Assembly: GCA_965230935.1 (NCBI GenBank)
Contig: OZ246400.1
Span: 310,359-374,358, forward strand
DNA from: an uncultured Gammaproteobacteria bacterium
GTDB lineage: Bacteria; Patescibacteriota; Patescibacteriia; Magasanikbacterales; JBBTQS01
DNA: 64,000 nucleotides
Reading direction: 5' to 3'
The notes below the pieces were generated by a model. That model worked only from the letters and a program-made list of their open reading frames with translations. It had not been told where the DNA came from and made no database searches. Shown here in pieces: positions 1-9,329 of this stretch. The position numbers were made by a program, and so were the translations under genes. The number at the start of each line of letters is the position of its first letter. Within the stretch, counting starts at the first letter, position 1.

Positions 1-1010
1 AAATCTTCATGCAAAAGTGTATCCTTTTTAACAGATTTAATCAACTTTTTACCTAGAAAATCTTCGTATCGCTTTGCTGGTATTCCTATCCCGGGTCTCT
101 TTACACAAATGTCGTGCTTTCCAAGAATTAATCCTTCAGATAAATCCCTTTTTGCTACAAGACTGTGATAAGCCCAATCTCTGATAACTTGCTCGTCAGA
201 ACTAACATTCTTATCTTTACCCAAAGACCTCCAAATTGCGTGTGTAGCCGAACAAAGTTCTGACAATTGCAGGCGATCCAAAGAAATGGCGTGATCAGGA
301 CCAGGCAAATCTTTATTAAGAGTGAAATGCTTTTCAATAATCTTTGCCCCCAAAGACACAGAAGCCACTGACGTCCAAATTGTAGGAGTGTGATCCGACA
401 AGCCAACATGGCACACGAATTTTTCTTTGTATACATCCAATAGTTCTAAATTAATTTCGGAATAGTCTGGGGGGTACGCGCTAACGCAATACAAAAGCAC
501 AAAAGGACATCCTTCCAGTTTGATCATATCTACAGCCTCAGCAATCTCATCAAGTGTAGACATCCCGGTTGAAACAATCATTGTTTTGCCTTTCTTGGCA
601 ATGTGCCTTAATAGGTGTAAATTTTGCATTTCACCTGAACCAATTTTGTAAAATTCAACACCCAAATCTTCTAATTTGTCACTAGCTTCTATTGAAAATG
701 GGGTACATAAATAAGTTATGCCTATACCCTCACAATAATTTTTAATTTCTCGATGATCCTCGTGACTTAACAAATTAGAATTCAATATCTTGTATAAATC
801 ACCCGCCCACATACTTACCGAACCAGGAATCATCTCAATATCTGGAATGTGATATTGAAACTTTGCAAAATGTGCACCAGAAATTTTTGCTTCTCTTATC
901 AGTTGCTTTGCAAGCTCAAGCGATCCACAATGATTATCCGCTATTTCAGCAATTATTAATGGAGGGCTTTGTTCATTTATTTTATATTGTCCTAATTGCA
1001 CATCCTTCAT
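1..1010 (-). CDS. neuB: NeuB-family nonulosonic acid synthase (N-acetylneuraminate / pseudaminic / legionaminic acid synthase), C-terminus runs off window edge
   Basis: Manual translation from ATG at 1010 gives MKDVQLGQYKINEQSPPLIIAEIADNHCGSLELAKQLIREAKISGAHFAKFQ... with no stop down to position 1. The N-terminus matches NeuB/PseI family sequences. It is absent from the ORF track because it is truncated at the window edge. AT-rich codon usage like the bulk of the window. Confidence 0.75.
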   Translation of the reverse strand, partial: MKDVQLGQYKINEQSPPLIIAEIADNHCGSLELAKQLIREAKISGAHFAKFQYHIPDIEMIPGSVSMWAGDLYKILNSNLLSHEDHREIKNYCEGIGITYLCTPFSIEASDKLEDLGVEFYKIGSGEMQNLHLLRHIAKKGKTMIVSTGMSTLDEIAEAVDMIKLEGCPFVLLYCVSAYPPDYSEINLELLDVYKEKFVCHVGLSDHTPTIWTSVASVSLGAKIIEKHFTLNKDLPGPDHAISLDRLQLSELCSATHAIWRSLGKDKNVSSDEQVIRDWAYHSLVAKRDLSEGLILGKHDICVKRPGIGIPAKRYEDFLGKKLIKSVKKDTLLHED

Positions 1011-1055
1011 AATAGCTATATAATAATCTAATTATTTAACCTCTCCTCTTTATAT

Positions 1056-1763
1056 ATGCCGCCCCTCGCCCTCATCCCCATCCGCTCTGGCTCCAAAACC
1101 CTTCCAGACAAAAACATCGCTCCAATCATGGGCAAGCCACTCGTTGCCCACACTATTGAATGTGCTCAACAAGTCAATATCTTCGATCGCATCATCGTCC
1201 TCACCGACAGCCAACATTACGCAGACATCGCCCAAGAATACGGTGCCCAAATCCCCTTCTTACTCCCTCCCGAAGTCACCCAAGACACTTCACCGGTCAA
1301 AGACGCGATCCACTTTGCACTCAACAAGATTCCAAACCTGCCAGAGCATACCTTTTTACTCGAGGCAACCTCATACCGCCTCCCTATTCATATTACGCAA
1401 GCATGGGACTTGCTGCAAACACCTGACACCGACTCACTCATCAGCGTAATCCGAACCCCAAAACAATATATCCCTGATTGGACCATTACTATCAATGACT
1501 CAGGCTACAGCACACTGCTCAGCGGCCAACCTTTACATACCGTAATCCCCCAACGTCAATCTCTCTCCACAACCTATACGCGCAATGGCGCAATCTACGC
1601 TTTTAAAACAAATCTTGCCCAACAAACACCACCACGACTCTACGGTGACCAATGTCGCGCCTACATAATGGACCCAATCTTCAACATTGACATCGACACC
1701 CAAGCCCATCTCAACGATTTTGAAAAACTACTCTTCAATAATTCCTTTCCAAAATACCATTGA
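1056..1763 (+). CDS. neuA: acylneuraminate cytidylyltransferase (CMP-nonulosonic acid synthetase)
   Basis: N-terminus MPPLALIPIRSGSKTLPDKN...KPLVAHTIE matches the CMP-NeuAc synthetase / CTP-transferase-3 family glycine-rich motif. Adjacent and divergent to the neuB-like gene. C-rich, G-poor coding strand, compositionally unlike neuB. Confidence 0.75.
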   Translation: MPPLALIPIRSGSKTLPDKNIAPIMGKPLVAHTIECAQQVNIFDRIIVLTDSQHYADIAQEYGAQIPFLLPPEVTQDTSPVKDAIHFALNKIPNLPEHTFLLEATSYRLPIHITQAWDLLQTPDTDSLISVIRTPKQYIPDWTITINDSGYSTLLSGQPLHTVIPQRQSLSTTYTRNGAIYAFKTNLAQQTPPRLYGDQCRAYIMDPIFNIDIDTQAHLNDFEKLLFNNSFPKYH

Positions 1764-1836
1764 CCTTCGCACCTTCTCATGCTAAGGTGCAGTACCGTTT
1801 GGCTACCCAAAACCCCAGCGCATAGGAGGGCAACCC

Positions 1837-2520
1837 GTGCACCAAACTCGCCACAAGGCGACAGAAAACCGCGGCGCTGCTGATGCGCTGTTTTACATCC
1901 AAGTCATTGGGGCAGCCGGACTGGTCATCCCCATGCTCATCCGCAACCTGTACACCGTGGAAGGCGTGAGCATGTCCTTTCTCATCGTACTGCTGGTATT
2001 CTGCGGACTCCAAGCGTCGCTGGCACTGCCGGCACACCGCACGCAGCCCAGTCGCAAGACGCGTCAGGCGCTGTTCATCTACATGATGTGGATCGTGTTG
2101 GTGGGAGTGGATATCCTGATCATCTGGCTTGGTGGCCTGTACGAATGGGACACCAACGATAGCGTGACCATCGGGGCTACGCTGGTGGGAGCTGTTCTCG
2201 TATACCGACGACGCCGCAGCCGCGGGTTCACCTTTGAGAACCCGATCACCAAGAGCCAAGTCGCCATGACGACACGCGGCATCCCACAACTGCTGCAAGG
2301 CGTGAAGATCTTCATCGCTGGTGGTGGTGGATTGCCCGGTGTGTCGGTGCTGGTCGGAAACCTCAACATCTGGATCCGCATGGCCCACCTGATCCTCACC
2401 CAGCAAGAAGCGATCTGGGACGAGAACCGCCGTTGGCTGCTCGCATCCGAGCTGGTCAACGCCCTCACCTGGGGCATGGTCTCGATCGTCTGGCTCAGCT
2501 GGTACTTTGGCTGGATCTAA
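1837..2520 (+). CDS. hypothetical integral membrane protein
   Basis: 227-aa ORF (GTG start) with several hydrophobic helices. Elevated GC (about 58%). No recognisable family. Followed by a terminator repeat. Confidence 0.4.
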   Translation: MHQTRHKATENRGAADALFYIQVIGAAGLVIPMLIRNLYTVEGVSMSFLIVLLVFCGLQASLALPAHRTQPSRKTRQALFIYMMWIVLVGVDILIIWLGGLYEWDTNDSVTIGATLVGAVLVYRRRRSRGFTFENPITKSQVAMTTRGIPQLLQGVKIFIAGGGGLPGVSVLVGNLNIWIRMAHLILTQQEAIWDENRRWLLASELVNALTWGMVSIVWLSWYFGWI

Positions 2521-2526
2521 CTACAC

Positions 2527-2580
2527 AACACAACAAAGAGCCCGCGAGAATCTTCTACGCGGTCTTTTAATTATCTCAAT
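2527..2580 (+). terminator. intrinsic terminator, repeat copy 1 (..aaagagcccgcgagaatcttctacgcggtcttttaattatc)
   Basis: Hairpin CCGCG-N11-CGCGG followed by a T-rich tract immediately after the stop of 1837..2520. Nearly identical to the element at 3372..3421. Confidence 0.6.
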
Positions 2581-2670
2581 AAGAAATCTTGACACATCCA
2601 CCAAAACACGATAAGCTCCAAACTTGTTGAGCCATGAACTCAATGACGAGCAATAACTCGTCTTTGTGAC

Positions 2671-3360
2671 ATGGTTGAACCACGATGGGACAACCTTGCA
2701 TCCCACATCAGGAAGATAACGAGGAGAGAAATCCCGATGAGATGGGGTAAATTCTACACAGCGCTGCGCTTGGCTCCAGAGCCACTCCAAGAGGGCGCGG
2801 ACATGGTCACTGGCGGTGGATTCTTCCGCATGTCGGATCCGCACCAACGGTTCCGCTTCGCCCTGATGGCAGAAGGGAGCGAAGCGTACGAGCTGGATCC
2901 GTGCTGGGTTCCTATCTGGCTGACTGCCAAGGTCAAGAGCGCCGAGGTGTGGCACCCCCAAGGTCAAGACCAACGAATTGTCCTGGAGCTGGAGATCGTG
3001 AGCAATACCCCGCCGGGGATCAAGCACACCACCGTCGAGATCGACTTCGATCAACATGGGATCAACACCGACCTGCCCGGAGGCTTGTTCCTCGATGAGT
3101 CGGTCGATTGGGACTTCGTGGACTTTCGCCGCTGGCCCGAGAAGATGGGCGAGGAGCTCAAGGATGTCGACGACGATGCGCCAGTCAACTTCACTCTACA
3201 CCAGAGCAAGTTGATCTGCGAGGCATGTCGACAAGGCAACTCGATCCCGGCCGATCACGCCAGAGCCCTGGGTGAGGCGCTCAAGAGCAATCGTGCAATC
3301 TCCTTCCTGCACACCTGTGAGCACTGCCATCGCGACGGCAAGGTGGAGATCCATCCCTGA
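2671..3360 (+). CDS. hypothetical protein with C-terminal Cys/His cluster
   Basis: 229-aa ORF with GC about 57%. C-terminus has CEACRQG...HTCEHCHRDG. No family recognised. Confidence 0.4.
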   Translation: MVEPRWDNLASHIRKITRREIPMRWGKFYTALRLAPEPLQEGADMVTGGGFFRMSDPHQRFRFALMAEGSEAYELDPCWVPIWLTAKVKSAEVWHPQGQDQRIVLELEIVSNTPPGIKHTTVEIDFDQHGINTDLPGGLFLDESVDWDFVDFRRWPEKMGEELKDVDDDAPVNFTLHQSKLICEACRQGNSIPADHARALGEALKSNRAISFLHTCEHCHRDGKVEIHP

Positions 3361-3371
3361 TCACAGCAACC

Positions 3372-3421
3372 AACACAACAAAAAGCCCGCAAGAATCTTC
3401 TGCGCGGCCTTTTTAATTATC
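3372..3421 (+). terminator. intrinsic terminator, repeat copy 2 (..aaaagcccgcaagaatcttctgcgcggcctttttaattatc)
   Basis: About 40-nt near-identical copy of the element at 2527..2580, including flanking caacacaacaaa. Lies between convergent genes, so it can act bidirectionally. Confidence 0.6.
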
Positions 3422-3908
3422 AGCTCTTTTTGAAAATCTCCTTCGCCCGCTCCACCACCATCACACTATCCACTGAATTGTAAAACTTGAGCTCTGGCAC
3501 CTTTGCCAAGCTCACCCACTCTGGTGCTTCAGCGTACTGCAACTCAATCTCATCAAATGTCGTATCGCCTAACGTGCCACCAACTGCCTCACACACATAA
3601 TAAATCAAAATGTTATGAAACTTCCCTGGCGTTAACGTATGCTTGAAAAAACTATCAGTGCAATACACCAACTCGCGTGGCTTAACCACAATCCCGGTCT
3701 CCTCGCGTACCTCGCGCACAAGCCCATCTTCTAATCGCTCCCCTAACTCCACTCCACCACCAGGAAAATCATACCCATCATACTGAGCTGACAATAATAT
3801 CACATCATCTTTAATCACAATCCCATAAACAGAAACCCGAAATTCGAGCTCATTTATTGGCACATCAAACTCCTCTTTTTTCTCATTGTGAACCCGAACA
3901 GTTTTCAT
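3420..3908 (-). CDS. NUDIX hydrolase
   Basis: Nudix box GGGVELGERLEDGLVREVREETGI (GX5EX7REUXEEXGU). Probable start is the internal Met (MKTVRVH) at 3908; the ORF-track start is 3977. Confidence 0.75.
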   Translation of the reverse strand: MKTVRVHNEKKEEFDVPINELEFRVSVYGIVIKDDVILLSAQYDGYDFPGGGVELGERLEDGLVREVREETGIVVKPRELVYCTDSFFKHTLTPGKFHNILIYYVCEAVGGTLGDTTFDEIELQYAEAPEWVSLAKVPELKFYNSVDSVMVVERAKEIFKKS

Positions 3909-4048
3909 ATGAATATGTGCGTATCGTAGCGCAAAAAAAGCCAAGCGCCAAGTCCGTGTTACCAAACTTGGCGCCATGATATGTCGTTACCTCAATCGAC
4001 AAGTCCGCAGACTTGCAAACAGAAGTAATCACAGATCAGTTGGCTATC

Positions 4049-4411
4049 CTACCTCTGAGCGCGTTCGATCACCCAGAAAAAGTAGAGATCCTTGGGATCG
4101 CTCGGTTCCTCCTTGTGGCCAAAAAAGATCGTGCCCTGCTCCTTGTGTGGCATACGATCCAGTGCCCCTTGCGACACCACATAGCGCAACCGCAACCACG
4201 GTGGCCTCGACCCCTCGTAAAGCCACCGCACCAACGCTTCGACAAGCGGTTGCTGCTGTAGTAGTGCGAGAACCCCGGTTCCGGGCAACATGCTACTTTT
4301 CAGCATCAAGTTTCGAATGTAGTGCGCCTCCATACCAAATGAGCAGCAATACTGCCCACATGGCAGACTAAACGCGGTTTCCACTTTTGGTGAGATATAC
4401 AAGAGCTGCAC
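4049..4411 (-). CDS. hypothetical protein (uncertain ORF in GC-elevated segment)
   Basis: 120-aa ORF. Several overlapping alternative-frame ORFs exist because of the elevated GC. No family recognised. Confidence 0.25.
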   Translation of the reverse strand: MQLLYISPKVETAFSLPCGQYCCSFGMEAHYIRNLMLKSSMLPGTGVLALLQQQPLVEALVRWLYEGSRPPWLRLRYVVSQGALDRMPHKEQGTIFFGHKEEPSDPKDLYFFWVIERAQR

Positions 4412-4539
4412 GCTAACTCCTCCTCAATCGTGCCTGTGTTACTTCTCGATAAAATCTAACAAACAATCCGAACCATGTCCAGAATCCAAAACACCGCCGG
4501 TTGGCAGTGCTTCGTGGTTGTTGTGTTTTGATGTGTGGC

Positions 4540-5010
4540 TTATCGGGGCACACCGACTGCCAGACGGGCGGTAGCCCACTCAGGTGGTGCGGCCAGCTCC
4601 CTGGGTAGATCCTCGAGCTCGCGCGCTTGTGCACGCTCAAAGCGATTGCGCACCTCGCGCTGTTGCGCCTCGATCTCGGAATCGGAGAGCTCGTCCAACC
4701 ATTGTGCGAGCGACGCCTCACCATGGGCGTCAAAGAACAGCATCAGCTTACGGTTGCCCGGACTCTCGGTTGGCTTGCCATTCTCTTTCACGATCCCTCG
4801 CGGCAAGAACCAGAGCTTGAACTCATGATCCAGGATGATCCCCGCCTGAGGGAACATCTCGTGCCGAAAGTACACGTAATAATCCCGGATGATCCGGGTG
4901 TCTCCCGGGACTCCTTGCACGCAGTGCGGCAAAAGCCCGGCAAATCCGCTCCCTTTGAAGAGCTGGTAGGCTCTTGCCTTGGTCATTCGTGCCACTAGGT
5001 CCCTCCTCAT
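4540..5010 (-). CDS. hypothetical protein
   Basis: 156-aa ORF with GC about 60% and a charged C-terminal half (EIEAQQREVRNRFERAQARELEDL). Strand choice favoured over the overlapping + ORFs by length and residue composition. Confidence 0.35.
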   Translation of the reverse strand: MRRDLVARMTKARAYQLFKGSGFAGLLPHCVQGVPGDTRIIRDYYVYFRHEMFPQAGIILDHEFKLWFLPRGIVKENGKPTESPGNRKLMLFFDAHGEASLAQWLDELSDSEIEAQQREVRNRFERAQARELEDLPRELAAPPEWATARLAVGVPR

Positions 5011-5131
5011 GTCCCCAGGATAAATCTGATCAGCGCACCTGTCAACGCGCTACCCTAGCGCATTTGGGCCGTACTGTCAAGATGACATTGACGTTGCCGC
5101 TCAATCAGGTACACTTCACTACATATAACGT

Positions 5132-6202
5132 ATGACTCGCCTTTTTCTTACACCAAAATTTGACCCCGCTAAGCCGGCAGTATATCTGGTTGATTCTTAT
5201 TTTAATCGGGCAGATATTGGTAAAACACTCTTTACCAACAAAACACCGGATGATTATGCTTACACAACCTTTACGTTTGCCGAGGACGTGAATAGCTGCG
5301 ATTACCTCATGATCCCTCAAGATGTGCGTACCATGACTGCTGCATTTCGAACCTATCTTGATGAACAAATCACACTCGCCCGAAGCATAAACAAAAAAAT
5401 CCTCCTGTTTATTGGAGGAGATTTGTCACACACATTATCAATCAGCGATCCGGAGGTAATCGTATTTAAAGGTTCACAGTATCGGTACCTCAAGCAACCT
5501 AATGAAATTATTGTTCCGCCATTTGCTGAAGATCTGATGCAGCAATACCACCCCAAGCCCAGAACAAAATCTGACAAGTTGGTAGTGGGATTTTGTGGGT
5601 GGGCTGGATTTGACGGGGTATGGACTGCACTTAAATTCTGGGTGAAGCATTTTGGAATCATTATCAGTAGTGTGTGGAAACGCAATGCCGCAGTGCACAA
5701 AAAAGGAATCTGGTATCGCCGTCGCGCAATTGCCATATGTAAACGAGCTCCGAAGGTAAACACAAACTTCATTGTGCGTAATACTTTCTCGGCCAGCAAA
5801 CATACCATCTCCCTTGATCCAAAAACAGCGCGGAGAGAATATGTGGATTCAATCATAAATAGCGACGTCACACTAGCACCAAAGGGTGATGGTAATTTCT
5901 CTGTCCGATTTTATGAAACCTTAGCACTTGGCCGTATTCCCGTGCTCATTGATACTGATGTTGTGCTCCCACTTGAGCAGCATATTGATTACGACGAGGT
6001 GATCATTCGAATTCCCTATCAACACCTTGATCAGCTTCCACAAATTCTCGCTGATTGGTATCACAATCTCACTGATGAGGTGTTTGTGCAGAAACAAAAA
6101 AGAGCATACGAGCTCTTTACCAAAAACCTTCGCTATGATGCGTTTTGGAATACAATCTTTAATGATCCGGTAGAGCGCTTGCTTGAACCGCGCAATCCTT
6201 GA
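5132..6202 (+). CDS. exostosin-like (GT47-type) glycosyltransferase
   Basis: C-terminal segment TLAPKGDGNFSVRFYETLALGRIPVLI matches the exostosin-family motif (CxxPxGDxxxSxRxxEAlxxGCIPVI). Confidence 0.55.
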   Translation: MTRLFLTPKFDPAKPAVYLVDSYFNRADIGKTLFTNKTPDDYAYTTFTFAEDVNSCDYLMIPQDVRTMTAAFRTYLDEQITLARSINKKILLFIGGDLSHTLSISDPEVIVFKGSQYRYLKQPNEIIVPPFAEDLMQQYHPKPRTKSDKLVVGFCGWAGFDGVWTALKFWVKHFGIIISSVWKRNAAVHKKGIWYRRRAIAICKRAPKVNTNFIVRNTFSASKHTISLDPKTARREYVDSIINSDVTLAPKGDGNFSVRFYETLALGRIPVLIDTDVVLPLEQHIDYDEVIIRIPYQHLDQLPQILADWYHNLTDEVFVQKQKRAYELFTKNLRYDAFWNTIFNDPVERLLEPRNP

Positions 6203-6227
6203 TAACATTGAGCTATTATCTTCCAAT

Positions 6228-6941
6228 ATGGATCAAGCACTTAAAGAAAAAATACGCAATGTTGATGGCTGGCTTACTGACCGCGAAGGTCAAGCGCTCT
6301 ACACGCTGGCGACGCGCTGCACTGGTCGTGGAGAGATTGTTGAGATTGGTTCGTGGAAAGGAAAATCAACCATCCTATTAAGTCTTGGTTCTCGCAGCAA
6401 CGCTGGCAAGCCTATTCATGCGGTTGATCCACATATCGGCTCTCCAGAGCACAACAAAAAAGAGAAAGTTTGGACCTTTGAGACATTTAAAACCAACATT
6501 GCCAACGCTGGAGTACAAGATATGGTGCGCCCGATCGTGCAGACATCAGAAGCAGCAGCACAAACTTTTTCTCAACCGGTGGAATTGGTGTTTATTGACG
6601 GCGCACATGAATATGAAGCGGTAAAACTTGACTTTGACTTGTGGTTTCCAAAAGTGGTTGATGGTGGAGTTATGGCATTTCATGACACCATTGGCTGGCA
6701 AGGACCGAAACAGGTGGTGCAAGATCTGGTCTATCGTTCGACACGATTCAAGAACGTCCGGTTCGCTGATAGTCTTACCTATGCCACCAAAGTTTCACAC
6801 AACACCCTGACCGACCGGCTACGCAATCGGTACATGCTGCTGCTAAAAAATATCACCGAGTTTGCCACCTGCAAACTCCGCTTGCCCAAATGGCTCAAGC
6901 GCATTGGGAAAAAAGCAATCACCACGTTAAGCGGATCTTAA
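6228..6941 (+). CDS. class I SAM-dependent methyltransferase (Methyltransf_24 / TylF-MycF-like O-methyltransferase family)
   Basis: DGWLTDREGQALYTLA....GEIVEIGSWKGKST followed by VFIDGAHEYEAV. Internal Met at 6228 avoids overlap with the upstream gene; the ORF-track start is 6183. Confidence 0.6.
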   Translation: MDQALKEKIRNVDGWLTDREGQALYTLATRCTGRGEIVEIGSWKGKSTILLSLGSRSNAGKPIHAVDPHIGSPEHNKKEKVWTFETFKTNIANAGVQDMVRPIVQTSEAAAQTFSQPVELVFIDGAHEYEAVKLDFDLWFPKVVDGGVMAFHDTIGWQGPKQVVQDLVYRSTRFKNVRFADSLTYATKVSHNTLTDRLRNRYMLLLKNITEFATCKLRLPKWLKRIGKKAITTLSGS

Positions 6942-8215
6942 CTTGAGGCATTACTTGTGTGCGACGTGTCTTTTGCTGTGTACAACAATGAAGATGCCAC
7001 AATAACTCCGATAAACTTCATCAACAAGTGAGCAACAACAGCGCCGATCAAACCAAAATACTTGATCAGCGCCACACTTACCACAATCTGTAATACATTG
7101 GTCACCACAGAGAATTTATACAGCTGCCTTTTTTGACTATGCGCTTCAAGCGCAGCAACCGGCACATACACCAGTGCCCCAAACAATGAAAAAGCAAGCA
7201 CCTGTGTGAGAACAATTGAATCATGGTATTGCGGGAAGAAAAAATCAAAAATATACGGCGCAGCTACTGCATATGCGACTACTACTACCAACATAACCAG
7301 AGCAAATTTTGCCATTTTTGAAAAAAACACAATCTTAATCTCACGAAGCGGGCGAGAGGCGAATTTGGGCAATGCCATACGTGGGATGATTTTAAACAAT
7401 CCCTTCAACTGGTCCGGAATGGCGAGTGCAAACAAATACACAGCTGTATGTGTGGCGCCCAAATAATGAAACACGAGCACTTTGTCAATATGACTGGCTA
7501 ACGTATTAAACAAATTGATAATACTTAAGTGCTTGCTATAATTAAGCGAATACGTTTTTTTTTCTTTTTTGATTGCAAATCGCCTCACGGTTCTCCAATA
7601 TACCGCAATCCCGACTGCGGCCATGGAAATAAAGTATGCCAGCACCATTGGCAATAACGCGTCGCTCATAACCATGGTAACAAGGAGCACCATTGAGACC
7701 ACGGTATTGCTGAACAACCAATAGAGCACTGAAGTTTTAAAATCTTTGATTCCACCTAAAAAGGCGCTATACAACCCGGTACTATTAATCAACGGAGTAA
7801 ATACCGCGATGAGCACCATAGCAAAGGCCAACATGGCGTTGCCGGCAAATGAATAGTAAATCGCGGCACCAAGCGCAGCAATACTGATAGGAAAACTCCA
7901 ATACAAATTTTTGCGAAATGCAAAACGTAAAAATCCTTTTTGCCCGCGCGCCACTGCTTGTACCACAACCGTACCCAATCCGGTTAGAGAAAACGATCCT
8001 AAAATAGACGCGACCGACAAAACAAACTTGTAACTACCATATACTTGCTGTGTTAGTAGGTTTGCATAGGCAATTGACATGACAAATGCGGTCAAGGCAG
8101 TGAGTGTTTGTGAGAGTACCAACCATGACCCACCTTTAGCAAGGTAGACCATATCCGTTTTAAAATATCGCTCACTTGAACGGAGCAAACGATACAATGA
8201 TGATTGGCGTGGCAT
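6938..8215 (-). CDS. oligosaccharide/polysaccharide flippase (Wzx-like, MOP superfamily)
   Basis: 425 aa, about 12 predicted TM helices, N-terminal LAKGGSWLVLSQTLTALTAFVMSIAYANLL typical of Polysacc_synt/Wzx. Sits in the glycan locus. Confidence 0.65.
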   Translation of the reverse strand: MPRQSSLYRLLRSSERYFKTDMVYLAKGGSWLVLSQTLTALTAFVMSIAYANLLTQQVYGSYKFVLSVASILGSFSLTGLGTVVVQAVARGQKGFLRFAFRKNLYWSFPISIAALGAAIYYSFAGNAMLAFAMVLIAVFTPLINSTGLYSAFLGGIKDFKTSVLYWLFSNTVVSMVLLVTMVMSDALLPMVLAYFISMAAVGIAVYWRTVRRFAIKKEKKTYSLNYSKHLSIINLFNTLASHIDKVLVFHYLGATHTAVYLFALAIPDQLKGLFKIIPRMALPKFASRPLREIKIVFFSKMAKFALVMLVVVVAYAVAAPYIFDFFFPQYHDSIVLTQVLAFSLFGALVYVPVAALEAHSQKRQLYKFSVVTNVLQIVVSVALIKYFGLIGAVVAHLLMKFIGVIVASSLLYTAKDTSHTSNASS

Positions 8216-8219
8216 GATC

Positions 8220-9329
8220 TTATGATGTTATGCGCGCAATGGTCTTTTGCCATGCGACACATCCAGTATACCAGTCTTGTAAGGCTTTGCGTTGTGCATC
8301 GTCCCATTCTTCCAAACGCAACCACTGCTGTACCGCCTCAAGAATTTGGTCAAAACACTGCGTATACGTTGCACCGGTCAACTCAACCTCGCGTAGCAGT
8401 TCGCAAAATCGATCAGTGGTTTGCATTCCCATCCGTTCGGTATCATAGTCTTTAAAATAGTTGTGCGGATTGCGCTCCTGATTCACAATTGGCGTACCAT
8501 AGAGCACCAACTCACCCAAATGGTCTGTGATCTTACGCACAATATAACTTGCCCAAATATCATCATAGCGTCCAATAAACGGGCTCAAAAAGTATGCTGG
8601 CAACACGGCACGACTCATGCCGGTGTTTTGTGAATTAAACGGAGACCACGTACCATTTTGTAAGGTAAACTGTCCATCACGTTTGTATTCAGTAACCGTC
8701 ACCGGACATGAAAGCCGCTGGACCGCGTCAATATCTGGGTCATCCATCCAAAATCCTGCCACCACTGCACCAACGCCCTGCGCTTGCCCCCACTGCACAT
8801 CTTTGGCTTCTTCTCCTCGCATTTGTACTGGAAATCCCCGATGGTAAAATACTGCTCCGCGCTGTTCAGTAAGTTCGTCACACACATTAAACCAGCCGGT
8901 ACTGGTACTCACCGCGTCTGCTGCAGTCTGTTGTCCAATGGCAGCATACGCACCAAAGTAATCTTTTTCCAAAACAAAATTATCATCATCAATGGTAATA
9001 ATGACTTGTGCCCCAAGTTGATAGGCGCGCAACAATGAAACATTGCGGCGTTGAATACAATTCCACGGCAAATGTTCTAATAGTTCTGGAAAATCCTCCA
9101 AATATGCGTCTTGCGCTGGGGCATCATAATACTCGCAAGTGTACCCAAATTTTTCTTGCAATCCGGCAACAAACTCTCCAACCTCTGTTGGTGTTTTTTT
9201 ATCTCCGGTCACTACGACCACCAAATCATCTTTTGCCACACCATTGTCTTGCGCATTTTGCAAATACGCATCCAAAAGTTTTGGCACATAAATTGTAGTG
9301 GTCACTAAGGCAAATCGTGGAGTACTCAT
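8220..9329 (-). CDS. RGP / GT75-family protein (UDP-L-arabinopyranose mutase-like, reversibly glycosylated polypeptide family)
   Basis: Strong motif matches to plant RGP1: [14 protein letters not shown] vs [34 protein letters not shown] vs [31 protein letters not shown] vs RGYPFSLREG. The N-terminal [11 protein letters not shown] matches HLIIVQDGDPSK. Confidence 0.75.
   Translation of the reverse strand: [369 protein letters not shown]

Noticed and set aside
155-436. 93-aa minus-strand ORF, and small + ORFs at 1144..1449 and 1160..1426
   Set aside because: They are in alternative frames inside the neuB-like and neuA-like genes, whose main frames give family-consistent proteins.
4413-4998. 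Overlapping + strand ORFs (4535..4828, 4584..4820, 4627..4998) and minus ORF 4413..4733
   Set aside because: A GC-elevated segment generates many overlapping frames. Only the longest minus-strand ORF (4540..5010) was kept, and at low confidence. None has a recognisable motif.
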